A stretch of 64,000 nt of DNA from Armatimonadota bacterium (lineage in GTDB: Bacteria; Armatimonadota; Zipacnadia; UBA1398; JAKPQA01), in the NCBI GenBank assembly GCA_029547025.1, contig JAKPQA010000319.1, forward strand, positions 1,263 through 65,262, in the 5' to 3' direction. The notes under the pieces are model-generated. The model was not told where the DNA came from. It saw nothing but the letters and a program-made list of their open reading frames with translations, and did not search any database. Below are positions 1 through 8,771 of this stretch, in pieces. How positions within the stretch are numbered: position 1 is the stretch's first letter; the number at the start of each line of letters is the position of its first letter. The position numbers were made by a program, and so were the translations under genes.

Positions 1-428
1 TCGATGAAGAGCTGGCGGAAGACCCACTTTCCACCGGCCGCCTCGGGTAGTTCGGCGACGAAACGGCCACTGACATCGCGAATGCGGCCTCGGATCGGCC
101 GCCCGCCCGAGATGACCGGGTGCTCGCCGGGATAGGCGCCGTAGGTGATGGGGCACTCGGGCGTGCCGGAGTCCTCGGGCTCGAACACGATGGGCTCGGT
201 GATGCGGTAGACGCCCTCCCGAAGGACCACGTTCACGGGTTCGGTGAGGCCGCCGGCCCTGATTCGGCGCACCTCGGCCTTGGCGCGCTCGACGGTGGCG
301 AAGGGGTCGCGCAGGCCGCCGCGGGCGGTATCGTCGCCATCGGGCGCCACGTAGACCGTGGCGGGCCAGGCCGGCCTGCCGACGAGCAGGGCACAGGCCA
401 TTAGCAAGCACAGGGTCGCGGATCGCAC
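1..428 (-). CDS. Secreted right-handed beta-helix (pectate-lyase-like) protein; the 3' end lies beyond the window start
   Basis: The minus-strand frame is open from nt 1. Translation from the GTG near 428 reads (M)[87 protein letters not shown]... This has a signal peptide followed by the YVAPDGDD..G....PF.T...A N-terminal motif typical of beta-helix proteins. It is absent from the ORF track because there is no stop within the window. Confidence 0.5.
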   Translation of the reverse strand, partial: MRSATLCLLMACALLVGRPAWPATVYVAPDGDDTARGGLRDPFATVERAKAEVRRIRAGGLTEPVNVVLREGVYRITEPIVFEPEDSGTPECPITYGAYPGEHPVISGGRPIRGRIRDVSGRFVAELPEAAGGKWVFRQLFI

Positions 429-535
429 GAGGATCGCCTCCCGGCATGTCGTGGGAGTGGATTCCCGGCGGCGCGCGGAGAGGCCTGCAAGGGGGACGAG
501 GGAGGACGGTGGCGGTGGGAGCGCCGAAGAAGACC

Positions 536-1825
536 ATGCGTCCCGCTCGGGACGAACTGGAGGGGAGGGCTCGCGTGCCAGACGACCGACCACCCGCACC
601 GCGCATCGAGGAGCTCCGCGTGCGCAACTACCGAGCCCTGCGCGACCTGAGGCTGGGCAAGCTCAGCCCTCTCACCGTGTTGCTCGGGCCGAATGGCAGC
701 GGCAAGTCGACGGTGTTCGACGTGTTCGCGTTCCTCTCCGAGTGCCTCTCAGAGGATCTGCACGGGCCATGGGGCAGACGTGGCGGGTTGAGGGAACTAC
801 GGAGCCGCGAGGCCGAGGGCCCGGTCAGCGTCCAGTTGAGCTACCGAGAGCCAGGCATGAGCCTGATGACCTATCTGCTCGAGATCGATGAGGACGCGGG
901 CGCACCCGTTGTGCGACGGGAGGTGCTCCGCTGGACAAGAGACCCGGGGGCTGGCAGGCCGTATCACTTCCTAGATGTCAGCAAGGGCGCTGGTCATGTC
1001 GTCACCGGCACGGACCCCGGGCTGGCGGGAGCGCGGAGGCCAGTTGCCCTTACGTCGTCGAGCCGGCTGGCGATCAGCGCACTCGGGCAGCTACGAGAGC
1101 ACCCGCGAGTCGCGGCCCTGCGGGACTTCATCACCGGTTGGTATCTGTCCTATCTGTCGGCGAGCGACGCCCGTCACCCGCCGGAGACCGGCCCCCAGCC
1201 GAGGCTCAACAAGAAGGGCGACAACCTGGCGAACGTGATCCAGTACCTACGGGAGCGGTATCCCCGAGTGCTCGAGCGGATCCTGGCGACGCTGTGCCAG
1301 CGAGTCCCACGGCTGGAGTCCGTCGACGCGAAGACGATGGAGGATGGGCGGCTGCTCCTCACCATCAAGGATTCCCCCTTCACCCAGCCCATCCTCGCCC
1401 GGTTCGCCTCCGATGGCACGCTGAAGATGCTGGCCTACCTCACGGTGCTGCATGACCCCTCCCCCCGACCACTGGTGGGCATCGAGGAGCCTGAGAACCA
1501 CCTACATCCGCGCCTGCTTCCGGGGCTGGCCGCGGAGTGTGCTGCGGCGACCGAGCGGTCGCAGCTCTTAGTGACGACCCACAGCCCCTTCTTCATCAAC
1601 GAGCTCCGCCCCGAGGATGTTTGGGTGCTCGAACGCGACGCACAGGGGTACGCGCGAGCCCGAGTGACGTCCAAGATGCCCGGCATACGCGAGCACATCG
1701 ACGCCGGGGGCAAGTTGGGCCACCTCTGGACGGAGGGCTACTTCAACTTCGGCGACCCGCTGAGTCGGGCGGGCGGTTCGACGCCCTCGCCTCGCCGGTC
1801 GAGGGGTGCCGGGCGTGCAGTTTGA
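536..1825 (+). CDS. ABC-type AAA_21-family ATPase, likely the ATPase of an OLD/PARIS(AriA)/Gabija-like ATPase+TOPRIM module
   Basis: Walker [17 protein letters not shown] is preceded by the typical [15 protein letters not shown]-terminus. ABC signature-like SDGTLKML, Walker B/D-loop [13 protein letters not shown] and H-loop LLVTTHSP are all present. I chose the in-frame ATG at 536 over the ORF-track start at 446 because the conserved N-terminal motif begins about 16 residues after it. Confidence 0.75.
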   Translation: MRPARDELEGRARVPDDRPPAPRIEELRVRNYRALRDLRLGKLSPLTVLLGPNGSGKSTVFDVFAFLSECLSEDLHGPWGRRGGLRELRSREAEGPVSVQLSYREPGMSLMTYLLEIDEDAGAPVVRREVLRWTRDPGAGRPYHFLDVSKGAGHVVTGTDPGLAGARRPVALTSSSRLAISALGQLREHPRVAALRDFITGWYLSYLSASDARHPPETGPQPRLNKKGDNLANVIQYLRERYPRVLERILATLCQRVPRLESVDAKTMEDGRLLLTIKDSPFTQPILARFASDGTLKMLAYLTVLHDPSPRPLVGIEEPENHLHPRLLPGLAAECAAATERSQLLVTTHSPFFINELRPEDVWVLERDAQGYARARVTSKMPGIREHIDAGGKLGHLWTEGYFNFGDPLSRAGGSTPSPRRSRGAGRAV

Positions 1826-2420
1826 GTTCCTCGTCGAGGGCGAGTCCGATGAGATCGCTGTGCGCGAGTTGGCGGCTCGGGCGCTCGGCCCTGACCATGC
1901 GGTCGAGGTGCGCCGTTTCCAGGGCAAGGAGGACTTGCTGGCCCGGTGGCCGGAGAGGGCGGCGGCCTATGCGCGGATCGCCGACCCGAACCGGCGCATC
2001 GTCGTCGTGCTGGATAACGACCGTGGTAACTGCATCGACCTGAGGCGACGGGTCGAGGCCGTGGCCCGCACGGCTGGGCTCAAGGTGGATGGTCCGTTGA
2101 CGGCGCGTCAGGTGGTCGTGCGCATCGCCATGCATGAGCTGGAGGCGTGGTTCCTGGGTGACGTGTCTGCACTGCGAGCGGCGTATCCGGGCGTTCCGGA
2201 GACTCTCGCCGCCCGTAGGGGCTTCCGCGACGTGGATTCGATTGAGCGACCACACGCCAGGCTCGAGCGGGTGCTCCAGAACGCTGGCTACCACGCCAGC
2301 CGACTGGACAAGATACGCGCGGCGCAGGACATCGCCCCGCACATGAACCCCCGCTCGAACCGATCGCGGAGTTTCTGCGTGTTCGTGCGGGGGCTAAGGG
2401 AGCTGGCCGGTGAGCCGTAG
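1806..2420 (+). CDS. TOPRIM-like (DUF4276-like) putative nuclease partner of the ATPase
   Basis: About 200 aa. [11 protein letters not shown] supplies the TOPRIM conserved Glu and [10 protein letters not shown] supplies the DxD motif. The start (GTG at 1806 or 1815) overlaps the ATPase stop at 1825, which implies translational coupling. The family name DUF4276 comes from memory and is not verified. Confidence 0.55.
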   Translation: MPGVQFEFLVEGESDEIAVRELAARALGPDHAVEVRRFQGKEDLLARWPERAAAYARIADPNRRIVVVLDNDRGNCIDLRRRVEAVARTAGLKVDGPLTARQVVVRIAMHELEAWFLGDVSALRAAYPGVPETLAARRGFRDVDSIERPHARLERVLQNAGYHASRLDKIRAAQDIAPHMNPRSNRSRSFCVFVRGLRELAGEP

Positions 2421-2796
2421 CCGCGCCTGTGGGAGGTCTGCCTGATGGCCTCGGCGCGCATCCGCCCGCGCATCGAGCGGCGTCGACTCCGGCCTCAGCG
2501 TATCACCGGCACGGTGCGGCAGCTCGACGGCTGGCCCCCGGGCCACTTCGCGGCTTGGGGCGACGGCGCACCGCCCCGCCGCACGCTCTCCGACAGCGCG
2601 CCCTCGCCCAAGCCCGCACCGTCCGCGCCCACCGGGCCGAGCGCATCCTAGGCGACGGCCAGCCGTTGGTCGTTGGCCGGCGTGGGCGATGGGGGTGAGC
2701 TGAGCGGAGCGCTGGGTCGGGGGCGTGGCTGCACGCGGGGGGCCCGAGCGCTCCATAGGCGCCCGATAGCCCTCACCCGATCCGCTCCGGCAGGCT

Positions 2797-3030
2797 CTAC
2801 TCGCTCCAGTCGACCGAGAGGCCGACGCTGCTTCGACGGCTGTCCCGCCAGTCCGCGCTGAGGCCGGCGCTGCCACCGGAGGTGTCTTGCCAGTCAGCCG
2901 AGATGCCGGCGGAGCCCGAGGAGAGGTCGACCCAGTCTCCCGTCAGAGAGACATCGGATAGCGGTCGACTCACCCAATCACCCGTCAGCGCGAGGCTGCC
3001 GCTGGCCAGGTCCTGCCAGTCCATGGACGC
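2797..3030 (-). repeat. Imperfect 33-42 bp tandem repeats encoding the DW-containing peptide repeats at the lipoprotein C-terminus
   Basis: The periodicity is seen in the translated ORF (GDWVSRPLSDVSLTGDWVDLSSGSAGISADWQDTSGGSAGLSADWRDSRRSSVGLSVDWSE). The DNA repeat units diverge from one another. Confidence 0.35.
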
Positions 3031-3516
3031 GGCGGCTGAGCTCGAGAGCGGCTCGGGCCAGTAATCGATGGCCAGGGCCGCGTCGCCCTTCACCAGCACG
3101 AAAGTGAGCCGCACGCGGTTCTCGACGCCCGCAGTGATCTTCACGTTCTCGGCCTTGGCCGTGAGCAGCGAGTTGCCCGAGTCGTCCAGCGCTGTAGCCG
3201 AGAACAGCCGCGCGGTGCCCGGTGGAACGTAGAGCACAAGGGAGGACGCGGGCTGAGCGACCTCCCCCTCGATCGGAGTGGCGATGCCTGGGCCGGTCAC
3301 CACGACGCGAACGCGCGTGGTGAGGAAGGGCAGCTCTCGCGTTAGGCTTGGCCACCGGACACCGATCACCACCAGCGCCATGCCGGGCGGCGGCGTTGCC
3401 GAGGCCGCGGTGTCAAGACTCGCGTCAACGTCGGGCGCGTGCCCGCAGCTCGGAAGCAGCGCGGTGAGGGCCAGGGCCCAAGCCACCATCAGGGGTTGTC
3501 GGAGGTGAGAGCGCAT
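2797..3516 (-). CDS. Lipoprotein with C-terminal short tandem repeats
   Basis: The N-terminus MRSHLRQPLMVAWALALTALLPSCGHAP gives a signal peptide with a lipobox Cys. The C-terminus carries degenerate repeats of the form ..GSAG.SADW.D (SGSAGISADWQD / TSGGSAGLSADWRD / SVGLSVDWSE). Confidence 0.5.
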   Translation of the reverse strand: MRSHLRQPLMVAWALALTALLPSCGHAPDVDASLDTAASATPPPGMALVVIGVRWPSLTRELPFLTTRVRVVVTGPGIATPIEGEVAQPASSLVLYVPPGTARLFSATALDDSGNSLLTAKAENVKITAGVENRVRLTFVLVKGDAALAIDYWPEPLSSSAAASMDWQDLASGSLALTGDWVSRPLSDVSLTGDWVDLSSGSAGISADWQDTSGGSAGLSADWRDSRRSSVGLSVDWSE

Positions 3517-3529
3517 CCGGATGTCCCCT

Positions 3530-4696
3530 CTAAGGGCCCAGCACCAGTTCGCTCATATGCTTCGAGACCAGGGTCTCGATGCCGCAGGCACCGTTGTCGG
3601 AGATCAGCGTGAAGTCGTCGTCGGCAGTGAGTCCCGACGGGAAGAAGGCCTCGATGTAGACCCGCGCTCGGCGATGGTCGTAGTTCCGGACGTACGTGCC
3701 ATGGTCGCCAGCAGTGGGCGCTAGCTGAGCGTATACGCGCGAGTAGGTGTGCTCAGCGCCCTTCCATTTCAGGCTGCTGCCCGCCACGTCGAAGTAGTAC
3801 AATGCCCCTCCCTGATCTAGGCTATCGAGAACAGCTCGTGCCGCAGATGGAGCTGGGTCCGGAACACGTAGGCGGCCGTCGAACCGCGCGAACGATGTGG
3901 GCACGATCCTTGTTCGCACGTATGCTCCGGTCTGTTGCGAGTAGACTGCGGTGAGACACCCACGCGCCGCCCACTTGCTCGCATCGTCCAGTGCCGATGC
4001 GGCCTGGACCCGGTCAAGGAACCAGGACAGGTCATCCTCGAGCCACCAGATACCGTCGAGCCCGCTCAGGTTCCGGCTGCTGACGATGAATAGCCGGCCG
4101 GAGCCGTAGAGGTACGCGAGGTGGCGGCTGCCGATGAACCGGCACCACACCTTGTCGGCGTCGCGTGTCACATCGGCGCAGTAGGCTGTCTGGCTCTTCA
4201 GCTCGGCCTCGATGTCGGCCAACGAGGCCGTCACATCGAGCCCGATGTGGGTCTCGATGGCCGAACCCGTGACGACCCGGGCCAGAGTCATCGCCACCTG
4301 GGTTGTCTCGTTGGCCCTGATCTCGAACGCCGCTGAGGTGCCCCGCCCGATCACCTGGTCGTTGGCGTCGAAGGCCTGGGCGTAGGCAACCCGGCCCGTG
4401 CCGACAACGACCTTGAACGTCTTCGTTGCCTTGCCGCCCTGGACGTCGGCCTGGGTCAGCGTGGCCTGAACGGGGGCCATGTCACCCGCTTCGATCGAGA
4501 TGACGATGGTCTCTACCTCAGCCGGGATCGCGTCGCGAGCCGAGGCCTCTGCCCCCCACGGCAGGGAGACGCTGACCGTGCCCGACGCGGAGGCACCGCC
4601 GGGTGCCAGGTCGGCCGGCTGCGTCCCACAGCCGCAGGCCAAGGCGGCCAACGCGGCCGCCACACCGGCGGTGCGGAGGAGTGCTACGGTCCTCAT
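3530..4696 (-). CDS. Hypothetical lipoprotein
   Basis: An internal Met (ATG at 4696) begins MRTVALLRTAGVAAALAALACGCGT, a signal peptide with a lipobox. The upstream 59 codons of the ORF-track call are His/Arg-rich and unlikely to be coding. The stop lies only 13 nt upstream of the next gene in the operon. Confidence 0.5.
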   Translation of the reverse strand: MRTVALLRTAGVAAALAALACGCGTQPADLAPGGASASGTVSVSLPWGAEASARDAIPAEVETIVISIEAGDMAPVQATLTQADVQGGKATKTFKVVVGTGRVAYAQAFDANDQVIGRGTSAAFEIRANETTQVAMTLARVVTGSAIETHIGLDVTASLADIEAELKSQTAYCADVTRDADKVWCRFIGSRHLAYLYGSGRLFIVSSRNLSGLDGIWWLEDDLSWFLDRVQAASALDDASKWAARGCLTAVYSQQTGAYVRTRIVPTSFARFDGRLRVPDPAPSAARAVLDSLDQGGALYYFDVAGSSLKWKGAEHTYSRVYAQLAPTAGDHGTYVRNYDHRRARVYIEAFFPSGLTADDDFTLISDNGACGIETLVSKHMSELVLGP

Positions 4697-4740
4697 CCTG
4701 TGCTGCCTCCTGTCGGAGTCGCCCGGCGGCGCGGCGGCCG

Positions 4741-6066
4741 CTACCCGACTCCTTCGATGTCGACCACGGTGCTCGTGACCGTGATCGTGATGGCCCTGAA
4801 GCTGGAGCGTCCGCTCGAATCGGTCACGTCGCAGGTGATGGTGTAGCGCCCCGCCGTGGCCGGCGCGCGCCACGTGGCGATGGCCCCGCCGCCAAGGATG
4901 GTCCCGCCGGTCATCGACCAGGCATAGGCTAGGGCCCCACCGTCGGGGTCCTGCGCCACGCAGGTGACGCTCGAGATGCCGCCGGGCGGCAGCTCCCCGT
5001 ACTCGGATCGGAGGTCCTTGATCGTCGGCGGCTGACTGGTCCGGCTGACCTTCACCGTGGTGCCGACACAGGTGATGTGCCCTTTGCCGTCGGAGACCGC
5101 CACACGTATGGCGTACTCGCCGAGCTCGGACGGCGCCTCCCAGGCAGCCGTCGCGCCGGACGTGGTTAGGCTGCCTCCATAGGCTTCCCAGGAGTAGCTC
5201 AGCGTGTCGTTCTGCGGGTCGCTGGCCACGCAGACGACACCGACGGTGTCGCCCGGGCCGATCTCATCGCGCTCGGGTTCGAAGCGTTGCACCACGGGCG
5301 CCTGCCCATCGCTCGACGGTGCCTGGACGATCACTGTGGCCGATGACTCGACGCGGTACTCCGGCTGACCTTCCACCTGATCGACATAGGCCGTCACGGT
5401 GGCAGTGCCGACGCCATGGGCCCGGAGCTCCACCGTGCCGCCCACGGGATCGCGGACGAAGTGGACGAAGTCCATCCCGCGATCGCCCGGCGAGATCACC
5501 CACCGGAATGGTGGGACCTTCACCTCACGCCCCTGCGCGTCACGCGCCTTCGCAGAGAGCGTCACAGTGCTCCCATTGGTGACCGTCACGGGCGAGGGGG
5601 TGACTTCGATGCGTTCTATGGTGGACGCCATCACCAGGGCCACCGGGGTGAAGCCGACGTGCCCGACCCGCTTCCTCGACGAAGCCGAGGCGAGCGGAGC
5701 GCTGGACGCATCCGAGGCCGGGTAGGCTCGGGCGTTGATCTCGCACTCCACACCAGGGCGCACCGGGATCGTCGTCTCGTGCTCACCGCGTCTTAGGAGG
5801 GCCTCGCCAACGGCCTCGCTCGTGTCCGTGTCGGACACTGTGACTCTTACCGCCAGCGCCTCGTCGGGTATCATGCGCACCGCGGCCGATGGCCAGTGGA
5901 CCTGCACTCGGAAGCCCGTCGTGATCGTGCCCGGCTCAGTCGTCCCGTCCACAGGCGGCAGCGAGCCCGCCTGCACGCCGATGGTCTCGGACGCGCAGCC
6001 TGTGAGGAGCAGCAACACCAAGGGGCAAGACATCAGTGCCGCGACGCGCAGGGCAGAGGCGCTCAT
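4741..6066 (-). CDS. Lipoprotein with repeated PKD-like (Ig-like) domains
   Basis: The internal start is MSASALRVAALMSCPLVLLLLTGCASE. Repeated segments DTLSYSWEAYGGSLTTSGATAAWEAPSELGEYAIRVAVSDGKG and GALAYAWSMTGGTILGGGAIATWRAPATAGRYTITCDVTDSSG fit the PKD pattern sYsW..gdG......t.....GtYtvtl.vtD. The ATG overlaps the upstream gene's stop (6063-6066). Confidence 0.6.
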   Translation of the reverse strand: MSASALRVAALMSCPLVLLLLTGCASETIGVQAGSLPPVDGTTEPGTITTGFRVQVHWPSAAVRMIPDEALAVRVTVSDTDTSEAVGEALLRRGEHETTIPVRPGVECEINARAYPASDASSAPLASASSRKRVGHVGFTPVALVMASTIERIEVTPSPVTVTNGSTVTLSAKARDAQGREVKVPPFRWVISPGDRGMDFVHFVRDPVGGTVELRAHGVGTATVTAYVDQVEGQPEYRVESSATVIVQAPSSDGQAPVVQRFEPERDEIGPGDTVGVVCVASDPQNDTLSYSWEAYGGSLTTSGATAAWEAPSELGEYAIRVAVSDGKGHITCVGTTVKVSRTSQPPTIKDLRSEYGELPPGGISSVTCVAQDPDGGALAYAWSMTGGTILGGGAIATWRAPATAGRYTITCDVTDSSGRSSFRAITITVTSTVVDIEGVG

Positions 6067-8624
6067 CGGGCCCCCACCGTCCTGGGGCAGGAGAGGCCGT
6101 CCCTGACGTCCACCGCGAGCCCGGTGGAGATCACGCGCGGCGAGTAGGTCCCCCGGAGGACGGGCGTGAACACGCTGTCTCGGGCGTATTTCATGGTGGA
6201 GATACGGTTCTTCAGCCACTGGTGGTCCTGGTTCCCGAGGTACACCGCGTCAGCAAGGTAGGTCCTGAACCAGCTCCGTTCATAGATCCGCGCGTCAGCG
6301 TCGGCGTGCATCCGAGCCAGGTGGATCCTCATGCCTGCGCCCTGGAACATTCGCTCAGACTGGTACACGTTAGCGGGACGGACCGACCCGAAGACCTCAT
6401 GGACCAGCGTCAGAGCGCAGACGGCCTCGACCATGCTGGCATGGGCCTGGTTGCAGTCGGCATCAAGTACAGTCCATGCCACTAGGAGCGCCGACAGGGG
6501 TAGGGCCCAGTTGGCGGCGTACAACAACCCGCCTTTTGCAACGAGTGGGTAGATGGCGTTGGCAGTCCATCCCAGCCCCTGCAGCGCGGCGGGTGCGACC
6601 TTGAGGACACCTGCCAGAAGCTCGGCGCCGGTGATGATGTAGCCTGTGGATCGCTTGGACATCTGGTCAGCGAATAGCTGGGGGAGATTCTTAGTGCGGT
6701 CCCTCTCTATGCGTGCCCACGCACGGTCGAGGCCCTCCCGGATGGCTGGGTCGGTGCGCCCGCAAGCGCTGCAGAAGTCCCTGGCCACTTCGTACCGGGC
6801 CTCGGCCAGTGCGAGGCCCCAGTGTGCCAGCACCAGGGTACCCAGGGCGTCCGCTGAGAGATACACCATTCCGTTCGCCAGCGCTAGGAGCAACCCCGCC
6901 GCGTCGAGCACCGGAGCGGCATCGGTCCAGAACTGCGCAAAGCGCTTTGCCCAGGACGAGGCAGTCTTCCCGGCTGCAACCAGCTGCCGGACGCCTTGGA
7001 CATGCCACCCCAGCGCTCCGGTCATGCCGTTGCTGCTTAGGTAAGTTGCAATGAAGGTCGACAGCTTGGCACCGTCAGTGGCCGTCGCGTCCATAAGCCT
7101 CCAAAACTGCGGGTTAACCACGAGCTGGCTCGAGCCATCCCCGAGATCGAGCACGAGCATCGGTATGCCTGTGAGAAGCTCACACGCACCCACCACCGAC
7201 TCCATTGCCTCTCCCTCTGGCACGGTCGACGTCTGTAGCAGGGCCTCGCGCCACACTTCCTCGTACGCGGTCACCCTTGTGTCGTAGTCCTTGAGGCCCT
7301 TGCTGTACTTGCTGAGGGTGAACTCCAGGCCACCGGCGTATACCGAGTCGCGGTTGATCTCCATCGGGCACAGCAGAATGCCTTGGTCCAATGAGACGAT
7401 CTGCTGAGTGCTCGATACTCTGAAGTAGCTGTTGTCTAGAAGAAAGAGTGCAGTCTTCACGGGGTCTGTGGGGCCTGGCTCGGCTGCGTATGGGTAGCCC
7501 CCGGGCGTGCATGGCGGAACGAGACCGAGCGCGACGGTGTTCTCTAGTGTCTCCCCCGCGGCTGGCGATATCTCGGTGTACGGGCCGACAACATCAGTTC
7601 CGCGCTGGACCATCACCTCCATCGAGGAGAGGGGACGGCACGCAACGGTAGCGAGGCCGTCAGCGCCGGTCCATCCCCTGCTGCTCCAGCCTTCACCCGT
7701 GATCGTGACCGCCGCGCCAGCAACAGGCTGGTCTAGCGCGTCGACCACCTTGACATGCTTCCACGAGCGGTTCCACCACTGGTCGCAGTTCCAGGTCGAG
7801 AAGTGAGACACGGTCCCGCGGTAGACCTTGGCGGTGTCGTCGCGCGTGAGCTGGCCTTGCTCTACCCACTTGCCGGTCGCCTCGTCGAGGTACCACAGCG
7901 GCACGGTTGGCGTGCCAGGATCGTGTGCGGGGTCGATGGGGATGATCACGTCTGCCGTCTTGCCCTGCGCGAGTTGGAGCCGGTTGCCGGCCTCGTCCCT
8001 TAGGTCGACATCGACGATGCCAAAGCTCTCGAGCCCCACACTGCCGCCGTTCTCGCGCGTGCCGACGAACTCCCCCGGGAAGACATCGGTGTAGCGCTCG
8101 TCCGACGGAAGCGCCACGGTTACGGTCGCCTCTGCCACGCGCACGAGCTTACCTTCTGCGTCGGCCAGGCTGTTGGCGGGGATAGTCACACCGCCCTCGC
8201 GGTGCCGCACGCTCGACTGCTCACTGGCGTCGATGGTCTGTGTGACGCCGACGGGGGCCATCGCAAGGTCCACGGCCACCTCCTGATCGGCGATGACGTC
8301 GACGGCCTTGACGTTTCGCACGTAGCCGTCGTGCCGCAGGGCCAACAGGGCGCCTGACGTGGCCGCCAGATACCGGAACAGCGCTGACCCATCGCTGCCG
8401 GTCTGCAGCGTCTGTCCGGAGAGCGTGGCCGACACGCCTACGAGCGGCTGTCCTTCGGGCCCCGTGACCCGGATCCGCACACTGCCCGGTCCGGGGCTGG
8501 CGCTGTTGTTGGAGTCATTGTTCGAGGGCCCTGGCTCCGGAACTACCCCACAGCCGTCGCAGCCGTTCTCCCCCGCCGCACACAGGCAGAGCGCGATCGC
8601 CAGGCACAGCAGTGGGGCGCCCAT
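6063..8624 (-). CDS. Large secreted protein with two carboxypeptidase-regulatory-like (CarbopepD_reg-like) domains and a hydrophobic C-terminal half
   Basis: The internal start MGAPLLCLAIALCLCAAG gives a signal peptide. VRIRVTGPEGQPLVGVSATLSGQTLQTGSDGSALF and VKVVDALDQPVAGAAVTITGEGWSSRGWTGADGLATV resemble CarbopepD_reg beta-sandwich domains. The C-terminal ~450 aa is Ala/Leu-rich with probable TM segments and has unknown function. Confidence 0.5.
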   Translation of the reverse strand: MGAPLLCLAIALCLCAAGENGCDGCGVVPEPGPSNNDSNNSASPGPGSVRIRVTGPEGQPLVGVSATLSGQTLQTGSDGSALFRYLAATSGALLALRHDGYVRNVKAVDVIADQEVAVDLAMAPVGVTQTIDASEQSSVRHREGGVTIPANSLADAEGKLVRVAEATVTVALPSDERYTDVFPGEFVGTRENGGSVGLESFGIVDVDLRDEAGNRLQLAQGKTADVIIPIDPAHDPGTPTVPLWYLDEATGKWVEQGQLTRDDTAKVYRGTVSHFSTWNCDQWWNRSWKHVKVVDALDQPVAGAAVTITGEGWSSRGWTGADGLATVACRPLSSMEVMVQRGTDVVGPYTEISPAAGETLENTVALGLVPPCTPGGYPYAAEPGPTDPVKTALFLLDNSYFRVSSTQQIVSLDQGILLCPMEINRDSVYAGGLEFTLSKYSKGLKDYDTRVTAYEEVWREALLQTSTVPEGEAMESVVGACELLTGIPMLVLDLGDGSSQLVVNPQFWRLMDATATDGAKLSTFIATYLSSNGMTGALGWHVQGVRQLVAAGKTASSWAKRFAQFWTDAAPVLDAAGLLLALANGMVYLSADALGTLVLAHWGLALAEARYEVARDFCSACGRTDPAIREGLDRAWARIERDRTKNLPQLFADQMSKRSTGYIITGAELLAGVLKVAPAALQGLGWTANAIYPLVAKGGLLYAANWALPLSALLVAWTVLDADCNQAHASMVEAVCALTLVHEVFGSVRPANVYQSERMFQGAGMRIHLARMHADADARIYERSWFRTYLADAVYLGNQDHQWLKNRISTMKYARDSVFTPVLRGTYSPRVISTGLAVDVRDGLSCPRTVGAR

Positions 8625-8771
8625 GCGGCGCAGCGGTCGACCGCCGGACAACCGAATCACCTTGCAACACTCCTCACGCCGATCGGCGGCATCCGCTTGT
8701 GCTATCGCGTGCTGAGACCGAAGCGTTGCACGCATTTGCGCGGAATCTTTGGAGTGGTGACGGGGAGTTGG

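Noticed and set aside
120-404. Plus-strand 94-aa ORF ([11 protein letters not shown]...) at the window start
   Set aside because: It is Gly/Ala-rich low-complexity translation lying antisense to a minus-strand frame that encodes a convincing signal-peptide + beta-helix protein. This is a typical high-GC shadow ORF.
358-1238. Several overlapping Arg/Pro-rich ORFs (358-891, 975-1238, 1138-1455 and similar) across the ATPase gene
   Set aside because: These are alternative frames of a gene with clear Walker A/B motifs. Their compositions (RRRAER..., PSPARP...) are characteristic of out-of-frame GC-rich translation.
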